From Octopus vulgaris (taxonomy: Eukaryota), in the NCBI GenBank assembly GCA_951406725.2, contig OX597837.1:14756001-14820000 (forward strand): a stretch of DNA of 64,000 nucleotides. The letters are read 5' to 3'. A program made the position numbers and the translations under genes. The notes below the pieces were generated by a model. That model had not been told where the DNA came from, searched no databases, and saw nothing but the letters and a program-made list of their open reading frames with translations. This document shows, in pieces, positions 1 to 13,103 of the stretch (its first letter is position 1; every line of letters begins with the position of its first letter).

Positions 1-192
1 TAAGCCGACAGAAATTTCTAAAAAATTCCGTTATTATCGTATTGGTCCCAATTTCAGAGTTAAGTCATAAGAATTTTCTCCTCGAGACGCGTACTTATAG
101 TGATAAATTATATGGTTATTGACGATTTGTCTATTTTCGGCATATTTGGCATTAGGATTTTTTTTCTTTTGCCCTTGTTTATAAGTTGTGTG

Positions 193-281
<89 letters not shown>

Positions 282-321
282 TGAAAGATGGAAGGGAAGC
301 AAAACTTCGTATGAAGTAACA

Positions 322-680
322 CCGTGAAAGTTCATGCATAATATGCTTTTAAGTATAATACGCAATCAGGTATAAGACATCCCGATTTTTAAGGACTAAA
401 TTACCTGAAAAATCTTATAAGGCCAAATATAACTTGCAGTATTGCACAACTGCTGCAAGAATAGATAATCTACCATAATCCCTAAAATACTTTGAAATAC
501 AATAAAAGAAATTATTCTAAGGAATAAAACTTTACCACATCATTGGGGTTTTGTCGAATAAAATTTGGTGAGGATAAATTTCGCTTTGCAATGGCATCTA
601 TTAGAAATATTCCGAATTGTTAGCTTTGATTTTGAGTAAAAAAAAACAAAAAGCTGCGTATTATGCATGGAATTTTGCAG
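322..680. mobile_element. Degenerate Tc1/mariner-type (Tc2/pogo-like) MITE
   Basis: Imperfect terminal inverted repeats CCGTGAAAGTTCATGCATAATATGC and GCGTATTATGCATGGAATTTTGCAG; TA at the right flank. Confidence 0.45.
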
Positions 681-924
681 TAATTGCTGGTAATGTATTG
701 GAGGCAAGGTTGTACGTGATGGTGGTTAACAGTTACAAATAAGCATATGCTGTGACTTAGCCTGTTAGAAATAACAGCCAAATGCCTTTCAGATCATAAT
801 GTTTAAGAAAGAAGGCACGCATTCGATTATGTAGTCCTAGATATAATGAAGGAGCTTCTACGAGATGGCGCTACCGACCAGAAATAGCATCCAAATTTCC
901 GTTCAATCAGGACCTACTGTTTTC

Positions 925-1085
925 GGTACACTTCGCCCGCTTCTCTTCCTTGTTGAGATTCCTGTTAGCCATAAGTCCTTTCGTTCTAATAACATTTCTC
1001 TTCGAACTGCTGCTCTCTGGAACTCACCATCACCGTCTGATTTTCCATTAGTCTGTCAAGCTTTCTGCCAATCAACATCTTTTGA
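925..1085 (+). mobile_element. Non-LTR retrotransposon 3' remnant (CR1/Jockey-group)
   Basis: The peptide ...RTAALWNS..PSDFP...QAF resembles the LWNxLP C-terminal motif of these LINEs. Confidence 0.45.
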
Positions 1086-3467
1086 ATTTGTTGCCCCTTA
1101 CTTTTCCTTTTTCATTGTCCTTTTCGCTGCTGTGGTTTCGAGCTTTGGGACAAAATCGTATTTTTACAAAATTGTATCCTACACTACACGTGACCAAAAG
1201 CCGTTTTAGGGTGAATTAAGTCGTGTTATAGGACTAAATGTTGTTACAAGTATCTTTTTCTGCTAGAAAATAAACGTTAGAAATCTTCTCAAAATATTTC
1301 TCCCTTCTTGGGCCGTTTCACTAAGAATCAATTTTAAAGCTGGTTTCATCCGAACAAGTAAAACAGATTAGGAAACCTTGCTTGGTTGACTAAGTAAACT
1401 AACTGTACGGTTATTTTAGCCCTTTTTAGTACCTCCCTTCTTATGAAGGGAATTTACTCTAAGTTTGTGCGGTACGTAAAATTAAGCTGACCAGAAACAA
1501 CTTTGAACATGGAACTCAGATTTTAAATGCAAAGCAAGGTTTATAAGCTGAGACATCAACTTAAAAAATGGAGCGAGAATTATAATTAGAAACAGAGAGT
1601 TCAAGTACAGAGCAAAGACTTGGAACATGGCAAAGAAGCTCCTAACATGTCTCAAACATCGATTTGTGATGACACCTTTGGACTCATTAGGCCGGAACTT
1701 AACCCAGTCGCTGTGGTGTATAAATGATTGAGATGACAACATAACCTCTTGAATAGGAAGCTAGTCCATCACAAGGTTAACTTCCCAGTTATTGCTGGGA
1801 CTCATTTAGAGTCGAGAGATGTGGAGCAATATGATATGAAATGTTTTGCACAAGAGCACAACACACTGCCCGACCCAAAAATCGAAACCACTACCTCACG
1901 ATCGTGAATGCAACGCCCTTAACCACTCGACCATGTGCCTTTACTGTAACATGCAACAGAGACTTAATAAACAAGAAGCCGATATTTAACATATATAACA
2001 TTAACATTTTTCCTCTCAAACATTAAACTCAACAGCAAAAGGAATCTAGTTTTGCAGATGTAGAACGAAAACAAAATCAAATATCTGTGCTGATATAACT
2101 GAGTTTTATAGGAATATATATTCAGTTATTTGGCACATTTGGGGGACACCATAAAACGGGTGCTACCTGTTTGTTCATGACTTTTTTATTGAATATTATA
2201 ATTTTATTATTTGCTATTTTTTACAAACTGGGACACAAATACAATATCTTGATTCTTTTTTTTTTTTTAGTGATCAGTGGTATCCATCAATCGGTAGTTT
2301 ATCCCACTGATTAGAGGAATAGATCAATCGATTACACTGACCCAGTTCTCGGCTGGTTTCTTTTTGTTTTTAGAAAAAACTTAACACCAGAACAACAGGA
2401 TGAGCAAAGGATGATTCCCAACAAAGGTGTGCTAACCACATTTGCCACCTTTAGAAATAAGAGAGAGAAAACATCAGCAGATTTAAAGAAAGAAAACAGT
2501 CTACATAATTAAGAACAAGAAAGAAGGAACAAAAGAATGCTCACTGTGTTCCGCAGAGAAGACTTCTATACTGCAATCTACAAAAGCATCTAAAGACTAT
2601 TTGAACTCCATCTGAGAATGGTTCAGCACTCAAAGACATTTCTCCAAGATTTTGTCAAAGCTCCAGAATTACTTAAATCTTCCTCGCTAACCGTTTGTTC
2701 TGTTCCTCCTTCTTAGGACTCTAAATATTTTTTTTTTAACTTACAACAAAACACTTTTATATTATAATTAAGATTTAATTAAAACTTTCATATTTATTTT
2801 TGATTTACATTGTGGAGTATTTTAATTTTGAATTGCATTTGTCCTACCTTAATTTTTTCATCTTTTACAAAATTTAATTCCACTTGAAAAGTTATATGCA
2901 GTAATTTCACTTTAATATTTTTTGTAATAGACTATCTCTCACTAAGAACTTCGTATTCTTAGTTCTAAACTTATACACCACTTACAAGGAAAGCTACCAT
3001 TTAAAAAAATCCAGAAGTTATTTTCCTTGTTGGGTTTGTGCATATGGCACAAGAGGCCATCACTTTTAGTAATGTCAACATACACGTAATCTATATACCA
3101 TTTGAAAAACCCATACTGGTGAAACTGTACACTAATGGACGAGTGACAAACTTATTATAAGATTTCTGCACGGTTTCTGTCTACTAATATCTCTCTCAAG
3201 GAACTTCTCTCAATCCAATACCACAACAAGTTATTCCACAACAGAATCAAACACTGAATTGTGTTTGAGAAGTAAATTCTCAACCAACAGCATCCATGTT
3301 TCATTAGTTAACAAAAAACTTCTTAATTATCATTTACTTTTCAAGAAATCAATACTAAAGATCTTTAATTATCCACTCCACAACCACATAACTCATATCA
3401 TTTACTCACCTCTAAAATATAAACATGTGGCTTTCGTTCCAACTTTTCTTTCAGGGCACTTACACTG

Positions 3468-4432
3468 TCATGTATGAACACTGACATTACACATCCAGCG
3501 GAGCATACTGGCTTTATTCCTTGCAAGCTTATGCATGTCCTCAGCAGTCACGGCCCATGTTTCACTGCCATGTAGCATAGCTGTTCGTACACATGTGTCA
3601 TACAGTCTACCTTTTACTCTGAGCGAGAGGCCCTTTGTCACCAGCAGAGGTAGGAGCTCTCTGAATTTTGCCCAGGCTATTCTTATTCTAGCAGCTACAC
3701 TTTCAGAGCATCCACCCCCGCTACTGACTTGGTCACCTAGGTAACGGAAGCTATCAACAACTTGTAGTTTTTCTCCCTGGAATGTGACAGCTGTTCTCTG
3801 CACATTTTCAGTGTTTATTGCTCCTGAGCATTTGCCAAATACAAAAACTATCTTCCCAGTTAGCCTTCCTTTGATATTGTTGCACCCCTTATGTGTCTAT
3901 AGTTTACACTGGGTGCATCTTAAAGAGTTTCTACCTACGCCTTTTCTACAAATCGAGCAGGGCCATCTACCTTCCTACTTATTAGAATTTTGGTTTTAGC
4001 TAGGTTGACTCAAAGGCCCTTCGATTCTAATCCTTGCTTCCACACCTGAAACTTCTCCTCCAGTTCTGATAGTGACTTAGCAATTAGAGCAAGGTCATCA
4101 GCATAGAGAGCTCCCAGGGGCATCCTGTCTTGAATTCCTCCGTTATTGCCTGGAGAACTATGATAAATAGGAGGGGGCTGAGAACTGAACTTTGGTGGAC
4201 CCCTACCTCTACCTGGAATTCTTCACTGTACTCGTTGCCAACCCTCACCTTACTAACGGTGTCTCTGTACATGGCTTGCACAGCTCTCACTAACCATTCA
4301 TCTATCCCTAGTTTCCTCATTGACTACCAGATAAGGGATCGGGGGACCCTGTCAAAAGCTTTCTACATGTCAACGAAAGCCAGGTACAGAGGTTTAACTT
4401 TGGCTAGGTATTTCTCCTGCAGCTGTCTTACC
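3468..4432 (-). mobile_element. RTE-clade LINE reverse-transcriptase fragment (frameshifted)
   Basis: Peptides VGVHQSSVLSPLLF, a degraded YADD region, FRYLGD and LHGSETW, spread over several frames. Confidence 0.9.
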
Positions 4433-5254
4433 AGGAATATATATATATATATATATACATATGTATCTCAGGCACACACAAACAGCCCCTTAGATGAGCT
4501 CTGTCTATTTCTAGCAAGAAGGACCATAGGTACATTAGTAGAGGTATGGTCTTCCCAGTCCCATACTGGATCGATAGATAAAGCCAGGTGTGGTCCCAAG
4601 AATTTTTCAAAGGGAGGGCACAAACTCAGAAGGGAATTCAATTCCAGGAGAAAAGAGCATAACATTATTTAGAAGGGAACACTTCTTTTCCTAAGGTGGT
4701 CACATGCCCCTCAGGCTCTCCCTTGGGTCCACCTCTGAAAGTATCAGCCCAATGCCAATATTGTATGCCCCGCCACCTCTCTCTTTCAATTTGCTCTGCC
4801 TTTGAGCATCTGGCACCGAAGTGAAAGACTGTTTCTTCAGAGAGCTCCATGTAGTATACCCACACACGAGCATCCAACCACCTAAAGATCTTGTGGAAAA
4901 GAAAATCTCAATATACGAGAGGGAAACCTTTGACTTTATTGTACCAATAAATAATATAAACTCTATTACAGAAAACATTGAGTATGCTATGGATTTTTTC
5001 TTTTTTTTTGGGGTGTACACTAACAATTCATGTACATCCATATATGCATTGACACATATATTCCTAGATGCACATATATATATATATATATATATATAGA
5101 TGTATGTATGCATATATGTATGAATATACAGAGATATTTATATTTATTTTATATAATAAATATATACACGTTTATATATATATAAATATATATATTATAT
5201 ATATATGTATGTATGCATATAATTGTTTACATGTAAATATATATTGTGCATATC

Positions 5255-5285
<31 letters not shown>

Positions 5286-7617
5286 TTATTTACGGATATA
5301 TATATATATATATATGTTTATATATATATATATAATATTGAGCCACTGTTTCTTGGTAATTTAAAGAACTTTAACAAAATCTATAAAACCCAAATTAATA
5401 TGAAGAATAAAAAAAATCCAAACAGTACAAACCTTGTTTCCAAATTTTTACAGACATACATATACATACATACATCTATATGCGCACACACATATATATA
5501 CATATGTGAATGTGTATGTATATATACATATAATTTGACAATTTCATGAATTGTTATGAATGTACAGCATTTTAAATGCTGTAAAACCAAACCACCAGAC
5601 GTTTACCAGAATCCAAATTGTGTAGGTGTTATTTTGTTAAAAAAAATTAAAAAAAAATAAAGAAAAAGACTTTGGTAGAAATATTCAGAAAGAAACTTTT
5701 TTAAAAGTGATTATCTGTTTGTTATTTTTGTAGTGATTTTTTTCTTTGTATTTTTTGTAAAATTCCTCAAAGAATAAAATGAAGATCATCTTTGTTTATT
5801 CCATAAGAAGTAAAAAAAAAAAAGAAACAAAGAAACAATTTTTTTTTTAAAATTGAACACAAAAATAAAACAATAAAAAAAGGAACTTCGTTTGTTAATT
5901 TGATTTTTGGAATAAAATTGCTAATATTTAAAATGTTTTTAAATTTTAATGTTAAAGAAAGAGGACATTGGTCAGAAATAATGTCCAGGCTTTTGAAAAG
6001 GAATGGTTCTTGAAGGTGACGGGAAGTGAGATCGGTATAGCTGAACGTCAAGCTTGATTCATTGGCAGAATTTCCAAACTGATACCAAAAAATATCTTCC
6101 AAGAAACACACACTCGTACTCACACACACACACAAGCGTATAAATCCGTACATGCATACTCTATATTCAACGTGTAAGCAGAACAGCAAAACTATGCAAA
6201 GATTTTTTTTTATTCTTTTTCTTTAAATTCAACATTTAATTCCTTACTGTTGTTATTATGGAAATTCCAGCAATGAAGAATTAATTCTTTGTTAGAAACC
6301 AGGAAAACTAGTTCCTTCTTTACAGGAAGAATTTGAATAATTAAAATAAATAAGACCATACCTAAATACATAAATACATACACACGCAGACACACACATA
6401 CACTCACACACATACACAAGCACCACAAACACATACACATGCTGTAAAATAATCTGTAAGTGGAACAGTGAAAATATGCAAGACTTTCCCGAATTTCAGC
6501 ATTAAATGCTTCACTATTGATGTTATGGAAATTTCAGCGATGAAGATTTCTGTTTCTGTGTTAAAACTCATCTCCTTCTTTATCAGAAGAATTCAAAGAA
6601 CTTTTTTTTTTTTTTAAAGTGATAATATACATACATGTACGAATATTCACTCAGAAACTGAAGAAATAAGCAGAGATGGATGTTTGTGTGAAGTTTAATT
6701 TGAAACGAATAAAGGCTGTCATAGGAATAAGAAGAGCAAAAAGGTGGAAAGAGGAAGACCTGGTCTGTGTAGTGATGGTCAGCTGTTTTGATTGTATGAA
6801 GATCAGTTAAAAAAGGCCATCTTTGTAAGCACAGCAAAGAGAGGTAAGAGCAGGGGTTGTTCTGTGGAGGGGTGAGCAGCACTTTCATTGGGTGAAGATG
6901 AATTTAAAGGCTGTCACAGCAAGAACAGTGTGTCTGTGTGTCTGTGTGTGGTGTGTGTGTTTGAGTGCAGTATGTTTGCAGAAGCATAGTGTGTCCTGGT
7001 AAGAGACAGTGATACGACTGCCTAGGAAAAACAGTCTGTAATAGAGATCTCAATATGAAGGGAGACAATATCACAGCATTGTGATTGCACACAATGACAG
7101 GTTTGACGATGGCTGTCACTGCGAAGGGAGACAATTTGACGGTGAGGTTAGCTCTTTAATAACAAAGTCATAAATATGGCATTCTTCATCTTTCTTTCTT
7201 TTTTTCCATTGCACTTTGTAACAACATCAACAAATCAGTAAAAACAAAAACAAAAGAAACAACTACAACATGACAACTCCATCGTTTCACAAACCAGCAA
7301 GGGAGCCATCATTATGTGGTCACTTGACCTACAAGAAATAGCAGCCAGATCCGTTCCAAATCATACCCAACCGTCTTAAGAAAAGGATACATTGGATAAT
7401 GTAGCTCAAACAGGGAGTGGGTACAATAAAACTGAAGGAAAAAGATGGGATGGTCATAACTGGAAAGCCTTTGAGAATAAGTCTGCTTGATAAGGGTTGA
7501 CCTGGGGCTAAACAACAACTTCATTCATACTTGATGTTTAGGACAAAAAGAAAAAAGGGATCAATATATAAAAAACAACACACACACATACATACATACA
7601 CACACACACATATACAT

Positions 7618-7657
<40 letters not shown>

Positions 7658-7711
7658 GTACATACATATACATACATATTTGTACATGCATACATTTATA
7701 CATACATATAC

Positions 7712-7753
<42 letters not shown>

Positions 7754-7787
7754 TTGTACATGCATACATTTATACATACATATACAC

Positions 7788-7894
<107 letters not shown>

Positions 7895-8561
7895 ATGTGA
7901 GTGAACAAACAAAAAGGTACTCAACACATTTAGTAGGAGTTACACATATTATTTCGAACAGTTTTGATTCAGTTGCATTCACCTTAAAAGCTCCATTTGA
8001 CTGTCAGAGGCCTGCGAAACTTTAAGTCGCTCAGAACCGAACCAAACTGTTCTAAATAATACATTTACATACATAAATGCCACTGCACTGTGTGAGGATG
8101 GAGAAATTAAGATAATTTGCAAACACCAGAAATACTGGGGGTTTTTTTTGTTTTTGCAATAGGCATTGAAACCACAAATATTAATACAATAAAAAAAAAA
8201 TTAATTAATAATAATAATTTGATACAAATGTTAAAGATCACAGATTTTCAGGGGTTTGGGGGGTTTTTTTGTCTGTGTTTTTTGGTGGGGAGGGAGGGGT
8301 GATGTAGTCAACTATATTGACCCCTGTACTTGACCAATACTTTATTTTATCAGCCCCATAATAATGAAAGATAAAGCCAGCTTTAGTGTGATTTGAACTT
8401 AAAGTTGCATGATTACCAAAGCCATTTGTGTCCGTTGCTCTCACAATTTTGACAATTAAATGTAGAGTGATTGCAATAAAAATTCCTTATATTTGGCCGG
8501 AGGGCAAAGCTTCCAGCAGACAGGATGAGTCAATTCTATCGACACCCTTCTGCAGTATTTC

Positions 8562-8802
8562 CCCCTGGGCCAGATGCTCATAATCCCAGTTTGCTGGATT
8601 CTGTGGCATAAATATGTCCCGTTCCCCTGGATGGGAAGCTAATCCATCGCAGAATTACTCATTTTGGCCAGCTGGGTGGATTGGAACAGCATGAAATGAA
8701 GTGTTTGGCCCAAGAGCACAACACATCGCCCAGTCCAAGAATCGAACCCACAATCTTATGATCAGGAGTGCAACACCCTAACCACTGAGCCATGAATCTC
8801 CA
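8562..8802 (-). mobile_element. tRNA-derived CORE-type SINE with target-site duplication, nested in an older SINE
   Basis: Minus-strand head TGGCTCAGTGG (A box)...GTTCGATTC (B box), then TGTGCTCTTGGGC. Flanked by the direct repeat TCTGCAGTATTT. Confidence 0.75.
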
Positions 8803-10128
8803 CTCTGCAGTATTTGATTATACTTTATTTCATTGATCCTGGAAGGATAAAAAATGAAGTCAGCCTCAGCGAAATTTGAACAAAGAAAGCAGGCAACAAA
8901 GCCAAACTGATACAGGATAAACACCACAAGGTATTTTGCTAGACACTCTTATGATTTTGCCTGCAAATTTGAGGAGAGGGAGGGTTAGGTGATACTAGAA
9001 ACCCCCCAATTCTTGACTGGTGCTTTTAGTATATCAACCATACCACCACCTTCACCAATGGGATAAAGAAACCATGATGACCTCAGCCAGATTTGAACTC
9101 AGAATGCAAAGAGCAAGAACAAATGTCACAAGTAAAAATTCTGCAAATCCAACACTCTAAATAATAATAATCCTTTCTATTGGAAGCACAAAGCCTCAAA
9201 TTTGGGGGAAGAGATTAAGTCAGTTACATCGACCCCAGTGCATAACTGGTACTTATTTAAGCGACCTCCCTGGCAGGATTTAATCTCAGAATATGGAGAA
9301 CTTGAAGAAATGTGGCTAAGCATCTTTTTTTCCCATGCGATAACGACTCTGTTAGTTTGCCACCTTATTAATTAATTAATTAATTATAATGATAAATCTT
9401 TTTTTTCTTTTCGCTTTAAATTTTCACATCCAAAAATGAAAGAAGATTTTTATTGGTTAAACTTCAAGAATTTTTAAGACAAGGAATTTGGTGTCGAAGT
9501 TAATTAGCTCTTTAGCATTCAGATGAATCTGTCAAGTATAAGACTTGGATAATTTCACATTGTTTTGAATTTACAATTTGCGATTTCAATGATGTGATTG
9601 TTTACTTTAAGAATGACATTGTAGAGTAGGTGTGAGAGGTCCGATCTGGCTGGTTTGAACATAAAACAATATTTGGGCCAGTTATGGCTGGTTCAAATGC
9701 CAGAAGGTTAAATCGAATCCGGTGCTTGACTGGGTCTTTCTTTAATCAAAATTCCCCATGGCAGGATTTGAACACAGAACATAAGGAAATGAAATGAAAT
9801 AATACAAGGCATTTTGCTTGATACCCTAATGGTTCTGCCATTTCACCAGACCAACAACAGCAACAATAACAACAACTTCAACAATAATAAATAATATTAA
9901 AAACAGTAGGTTTAACAGCAGCACATGAGCAGAAATGGTAACTTATGGAAGTTAAAGCAAATTTAGGAATAACTTGAAAACTCTCTCAATGCTAAAGGAT
10001 CTCAGAGCAAGGTGCCAATGAGAAATTTAGCTCACAAGACTACAAAGCCAAGATTATAAATGTCAAAACCCAAAAGAGAAAAAGAAATGAGAAATGATAT
10101 TATCTTTAAGTTACTGTCTAGTTTTTAA

Positions 10129-10361
10129 CCCTTTCCCAGTGAAATTAAATTTCTTGGTCATTCCAGGAATAATGTCAATATCTACCAAAAAAATAGAATT
10201 GTTATTTTCTGCAAATTATGGCTCAATAAAGTTGATGTGTGTTAACAGAAAATAGTTCCAACCATGACATTCCTCAACAAAAGATCAATTTGTATACAAA
10301 ACTGTTTTTCACAGTTAAGGGAAATGAAATGTGGATATTTTTGATTTCCACAGGAAAAGGA
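10129..10361. mobile_element. piggyBac-type MITE
   Basis: TTAA|CCCTTTCCCAGTGAAATTAAA...TTTGATTTCCACAGGAAAAGGA|TTAA. Confidence 0.6.
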
Positions 10362-10999
10362 TTAAAAAGACTTTCAAGATCTTGATGGGAAATTGTTTAA
10401 ATAAATGATTAAAAAATTCTATTGATTTACCTGAATTCTTAAATCTATTCTTTCTTAATAAAAAATGGACTGGAAATATGTGAAGTATTTCAATAATTTA
10501 AACTGTGAAAGAAGCTCAGGCACAGCTCTAAAGGTAAGAAGTTTGCTTTGCTACTCTCTGGGCAAGCATCTGCTACAACATCCCTAGACTGACCAATACC
10601 TTGTGAATTTGGTAGATGGAAAACCCATCGTGTGTGTGTGTGTTTACGTTTGTCCCCCATTTACCGCTTGACAACCAGTGTTGGTTTGTTTCTGTTTATA
10701 CATCCTTATAGCTTAGTGATTCAGCAAAGAGAGAACTATAAAATAAGTACGAGACTTAAAAAATAAGTACCAGGATGGATTTGTGCCACCCTTCAACCGT
10801 CCAAGGTGGTACCCCCGTGTGCCTGAATGACTGAAACAAGTTAAAGATAAAAGATAAAGATAGAGAAATGGTTTCCTGACCAGAAAAGAATGCAAAAAGT
10901 CTTCAAGTCTTTCAGGCTTTATCAAAAAAGCAATTGCGAAATGTAGGAAGCAGACTCTTTTCTGGCTCAACCTACAACATTAATCAGAATACAACTTAA

Positions 11000-11222
11000 C
11001 CCTTTCATGACCAACCCAGCTGAAACCGGTCCTGGCTCTGTTAGTACAAATGTCATGTTTTCATAAGTTTTGAGTTAAAATCTTCCACCAAACCTTAGTC
11101 ACAATTTATGTTCCTAACACTAGCTGAATGATAACTAAGTTATTTTACTAAATTCTTTGTTATATTTAAAATTAATTGAAAGAAACACAGAGCATATCAA
11201 AATAAATACGGTAACGAAAGGG
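11000..11222. mobile_element. piggyBac-type MITE; degenerate relatives at about 11510-11720, 53960-54122 and 56170-56325
   Basis: TTAA|CCCTTTCATGACC...GGTAACGAAAGGG|TTAA: CCC/GGG ends with TTAA duplication. Confidence 0.8.
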
Positions 11223-12764
11223 TTAAAGTCCCTGCAATGATACGGTAGGAATAATTCTAGCAGCTCCAGTTTTGCTTTAGAATTGCTAAATCAGATATTC
11301 CCTGCAGATTTTAGAAATACCGAAATACGAGGAATAGGGAATATTAAGTATAAGCTTTGATTAAATTTTATATCAAACGATAAGTTTGAGTTCAGAGGAA
11401 AGAATTCCATTTACGACTGCACAACTGTTTCTGATACAAAATCATAGATCAATTCAGACAATAAATTTCAGATATAAAATGTAGGCCTCTCGTGGGATTA
11501 AGAGTTTTAACTATTTTCCTACTAATCCACCTGAGACTGTTCCTGGCCTCATGATACAAATTTCTTGGTTTAAGGTAATCCAAATTAAAACTTTCTTATT
11601 CATTTATGTTCCAAACACTAATTTGATAATGACAAAAGTTTAATTAAATTCTTTATTATTTTAAAATGTAATTGAAAAAGAGAAAGGAAAGTTCAACAGA
11701 AATGTGGTAACGAAGGAGTTTAATGATACAAAATATCATTATTTTTAACAGCATAAATTGTTATAAAACAAAAGAGTTTAAAAAAATACAGTTAAACAGA
11801 TTAATTCATTTTAAATGCTTTTTCTAGAAGAAAAGTTATTGATTGTGAAAGCCAATCTCCCTGGATCAAAATTGTCCCCAAGAAAATCTTCAAAACATTC
11901 TGTTGCCCACTTTTAAGGAAATGCAAGGAATGAATCAAGAATGAATTATTGTTTTCTATCCTAATCTCTTAAAAGATGTGATGGATTATCAAACGGATTA
12001 AATGTTTAGGATTGTCATGAATTTGAGTGTACCCAACAGTATTTATGTCTTGATAATTGCAAATGCTTACTTAGCCCATGTGATGCAGCGAGCAATAGGG
12101 AAAACCGAAGCTCTGAAGAGGAATAAGCGAAAGGAGAAACTCAAGCTTAGATTGAAAATGAAATAATTTCTTAAATAACTATTTTAGACATTTCTTTTTG
12201 ACCTTTTATTTTATAAATCACGCATTTTGCAAAGTAAACAATAGCACTGATGTCTATAGGTTTCTAATGAGCCAATCATTGTTTCACTGCATTTACAAAG
12301 ACAAGAGCGACAAGGGAGAGCCTGAGAAACTTGGGTGGAACAAATACCATGGAGTAATTTTTTTGACTGAATCATCAATTTCTGAGCAGTTTCATACTAA
12401 CATGCAATTTTCTAGACCCAAGGGAAAACGATCACACAATATCAATATATGGTGTACCATAAGCAACAAAACCAACATAAACCAAGAGCCCCACATGGAT
12501 GCATGTAGTAATACATGTAGTACATACATACATGTATCTGAAGGCATGTGGCCTAGCAGTTGGGGCATTGAACAATCACTTCTGCAATAACTTCAACATT
12601 TGACATGTGGCACATGGTGCACCTTTTAATTTGATGGAGGGGAGTGGATGAGCTAATGTACCACATGAGCATTTGATCACTGTAAACACATCCTCTGTGC
12701 AAGCTGTTCAATAAGAAGTTGCAGAACCCTCATCTCTCATTTACAACAGGAGTGTCCACCATAT

Positions 12765-12808
<44 letters not shown>

Positions 12809-13053
12809 GTATGCATAAATACAGGACGAAGCCAGGAGCCAGTATTCTAGCTTCACTCATGGGGCAGTTGTCTACCCTGTCAGTCCATATGTGCTTTTAA
12901 TACCCACATTCACAATTAGCGACAACTAAATTTTTCTATAGGGCTTTGTACTGCAGCTAGCTGCTTAAGGTAATTTATATACATACATACATACATATAT
13001 ATATGAATAAATATATATATAGATAGATAGATATATATCTATATCTATAGAAA

Positions 13054-13103
<50 letters not shown>

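Noticed and set aside
34-365. ORFs rich in YI/CV/HT/RE repeats here and throughout the track
   Set aside because: They are translations of (TA)n, (TG)n and (GA)n microsatellites, not genes.
2540-2725. Exon-like complex sequence with possible splice signals on both strands
   Set aside because: All frames I checked contain stops, the peptide is unrecognisable and no partner exons were found.
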